Source of the DNA: Phaeosaccion multiseriatum
Lineage: Eukaryota; Protista; Ochrophyta, other classes
NCBI GenBank assembly: GCA_965112735.1
Contig: OZ218954.1
Span: 3,658,001-3,722,000, forward strand
DNA length: 64,000 bases
Reading direction: 5' to 3'
The notes below the pieces were generated by a model, which was not told where the DNA came from, searched no databases, and saw nothing but the letters and a program-made list of their open reading frames with translations. The stretch's first letter is position 1; every line of letters begins with the position of its first letter. The position numbers and the translations under genes were made by a program. Below, one piece after another: positions 60,763 to 64,000 of this stretch.

Positions 60763-61005
60763 TGAGCGGCGAGCAACCCAACCGAGAGGGAAGTCCCACT
60801 GACACACAAACGTAGATATGCGGATCGAAAAGAAAAGAAGAAATATGTCTGTTTTGTATCGAAAGTGTATAGACATACGTATCATCGAATGTGTCTATCT
60901 GTCATCGTCAGGGGTGGAATAACGCCTGTGCTGTGCTATGCTGTACCGTATCACCAACTGCTGCTCGCTCAGTCATCTTAGGTGATTCCTATTAAGTCAA
61001 TAACA

Positions 61006-63692
61006 TTAGTCATCCAGAACACGAAACTCGATGCCCGTGTCCTGCGCAAAGTGAAGGGAGGGAGGGGGGATGGAACGCATTGTAAGGGAGGGAGGCGGCC
61101 GGCAGACCAGAGGGATGAGGAGGGCGGGAGGGGCATTTACTGACTTAATAGGGCGGGGGGGGGAGCAAGAGGTGGGGACCCACTCAACGTCGGCAGAGAG
61201 AGAGGGAACCGCTGGCCCTCCTCCCTTCACACCTCCCTCCACGCACCTCCCTCCACACCTCCATCCACACCTCTCTCCACACCTCCCTTCACACCTCCCT
61301 TCACACCTCCCACCTCCATCCACACCTCAGCACACCTCAGCACACCTCGCTACGCTGTCGGTATGCTGGGGAGCACTGCAGGAGGTACCCCCACTCACCC
61401 ACTCATGCCCACTCATGCCCACTCATGCTTACTCACACCCACTCACGTCCACTCACACTCCCTATCCCGACACTCCCTCTGACAGCCTGCGCTGACTCTG
61501 TCCTGACACTCACACTCACACCCACTCGTGGGGGGGTACCCACCTTAAGGTCCTGAAGCAGGGAGGGAGTGACATCGAACACCGCGCCTGGCGTGCAACA
61601 CCCCCTGGAGAGCAGGAGCCCTTTGCCGCCCCCCGGAGTCTCTTGCCCTCCCCCCCCGGGGCCCTCCCCCCTGGCCTTGAGCAGAGTGCGGGCGAGTGTG
61701 AGGAAGATCTTTGGGGTGGCGACATACCCGGGCTCGGGGCCTGACACCACGGTGTGGACAGTCTTGTCAGTAGGGCCCCTGCCGCAGCAGCAGGGGATAG
61801 AGGGAGGGAGGGAGGGACGGAGGGACGGAGAGAGAGAGAGAGAGAGAGTGGGAGTTGTGGGCGCCTTTAAAAAGTGAACGTGCATCATTCTCATTGGGGC
61901 TCAGGGGTGAAGAGACGAGCAGAGGACGGCTCGAGGGAGGACGGCTGTTGTGTTGTGGCGGTGAAGGGAGCAGCGCTGTCCTCGCCTGCCCCCCCCTCTG
62001 TCTCGCTGCTCCTGTGTTAGCCTCACCTGTGTGTGAAGGGCGCGTCCTCCCCCCCGTCCTGCGGCGCTGTGTGATCTTCACTGTAGCCACGCCCCACAAA
62101 CGTCATGCTGCGGACAGGCATATGGGCAGGGAGGAAGAGAGAGAGGCAGGCAGGGAGACAAGAGAAAGAGAGGGAGGGAAACAGAGTGGAGAGTGTGTGA
62201 GAGAGAGAGGGAGGGAGGACACACAATGGGGGGGTGGACCTATGTCTACCTCGACTCTATCTCTGTGTCGCTGCCCCCCCGTCCCGCTGACTTACGCGAA
62301 GCTGGCCCCCTCTAGCTGCTCTTGCGAGGGCCCCTCCTCGCTGAACACCCCATTGGAGAAGAGCCCCACGTGATTGAGCAGCAGAGAGCGGCCCCTTTCG
62401 CTCTTGGCGAGCAGGGAGAAGACTGAGCCGAACAAGGCAACCTTCAGGGCTGCGGTGAAGCTCTGATGGCATCGGGCAGGCGTATGGGCAGGCGTATGTT
62501 GTGCACGGGTATGGGCAGGCGTATGGGCAGGCGGTCAGCGCTTGCGATTGGGGCGAAAACGAAGGAAGGAAGGAAGGAAGGAAGGAAGGAAGGAAGGAAG
62601 GAAGGAAGGAAGGAAGGAAGGAAAGACATAGGAGCAGTCCGTACTTGCCTAAGTTGCTTACTTACCGGTACAGTGAAGAAGGCTCCGTAGTAGGGACAGA
62701 GGCGCTTGGCCTGGTGCTCTCCCAAGTGCTGCGTGAGACTCGCCTGACTGCTCCGCACCACAGCAGCGTCCGCACCCGGGAACTTGAACAAGTACGCGCC
62801 TGGTACCTGATCCAGGGGGGGGGGAGGGAGGGAGGGAGGGAGGGAGGGAGGGAGGGAGGGAGGGAGGGAGGGAGGCTCCATTCAAGCACCATGCACCGAC
62901 AGTCATCCCTCAACTACTCCTTTTTTCACTCCTCGCCCCTCACCTCCCATCCATCCAGCCATCCCAAACCGATCCCTCAACCCTCACCGCTGACCATCCA
63001 CTGCCATCCCTACCTTAACATCCACAGCTACAATGTATCCCTTCCCAATGCCATCCACTGCCATTCCCTACGTTTCCTTACCTGTGCGTCAGTCACCTTG
63101 GAGGGGCGGCTTGGAAAGTTTGGTCTGCGCAGAGGGGGAGGGGGCTTGGGCTTCAGCTGATTGGGCTTCAGGCGATACCCAACCAGACACACAACCAACA
63201 AGCGGACAATTCCCATGGGAGCACGGGGCTCTCTCGTCTCCCTCTCCCTCCTCCTTCTCCTTCCCTCTCCCTTACACACTCCTCTCCCTCCTTCTCCTTC
63301 CCTCTCCCTTACACACTCCTCTCCCTCCTCCTTCTCCTTCCCTCTCCCTTACACACTCCTCTCCCTCCTCCTTCTCCTTCCCTCTCTCTCTCCTCCTCTC
63401 TTCCTCCTTCTCCTTCTCCTTCCCTCTCTCTCTCTCTCTCTCTCCTCCTCTCCTTCTCCTTCTCCTTCTCTCTCTCCTCTCCTTCTCCTTCCCTCTCTCT
63501 CTCTCTCCTCCTCTCCTTCTCCTTCCCCCTCCTTCTCCTTCCCCCTCCCTCTCGGTGCGATGGTCCCCACGCACTCACTCACTTCGGGCCCGTCACTCAC
63601 TCACTGACTCACTCACTCACCTCGGCCCCGTTCTGGGGATGGCAGGTGCTTGAGGGTACTTTTCTCTGAGCTCCGCCCTCACTCGCTTAAGG
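61006..63692 (-). CDS. SCCPDH: Saccharopine-dehydrogenase-like oxidoreductase, 3' part; the 5' exons lie beyond the window end
   Basis: [62 protein letters not shown]. Confidence 0.82.
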
Positions 63693-64000
63693 TCTTTAAC
63701 CGCTCCGAACCCGTGCACAGCGGCCTACCCACACACATACATCCACGCACGTACACACATACACACGCACACACACGCACACACACATCCACGTACACAC
63801 ACACACGCACACACACACACGCACACACGCACATACACACGCACACACACATACCCAAACACACACACCCGCACACACATACACACATACCCCGACACAC
63901 ACATGCACACATACACACACCCACATGCACGCACGCAAGCAAGGGAGTGGGGCGGGGGTTTGGGGGGATTGGGGAAGAGTGGAGGGACCCCCGGGGCTTA

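Overview
GC-rich, intron-rich eukaryotic genomic DNA. Gene content (IFT57, membrane PPase, a bipartite-presequence-like protein, PPR-SMR) suggests a flagellated stramenopile/ochrophyte alga; that assignment is inference. I reconstructed 15 spliced or intronless protein-coding genes by hand from GT-AG junctions: LITAF-domain protein; NEK6/7-like kinase fused in-frame to IFT57; secreted GT-A glycosyltransferase fused to a methyltransferase-like domain; N-myristoylation-motif globin with CP motifs; TPR + PLOD-type glycosyltransferase; membrane-integral pyrophosphatase with a Na+-PPase-type gate signature; two ankyrin proteins; an unknown protein; F-box/SNF2/bromo-like/RING helicase; BRE/BABAM2; glutaminase-less asparagine-synthase-like protein; PPR-SMR; frataxin; and a METTL21-family methyltransferase. 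A 16th gene, an SCCPDH-like oxidoreductase, is 5'-truncated by the window end. No rRNA, tRNA or CRISPR was seen. The most striking unexplained signal is non-coding. Two short motifs, A = GGATGGCAGTGGATGG and B = CAGCAGTTGGTGATAC, recur dozens of times. Inside introns they are strongly polarised: G-rich sense copies lie near donors and reverse complements lie near acceptors, sometimes forming perfect inverted repeats across one intron. They also occur inside coding exons in several frames. Intronic microsatellites follow the same G-rich 5' / C-rich 3' rule. All exon boundaries are manual predictions.
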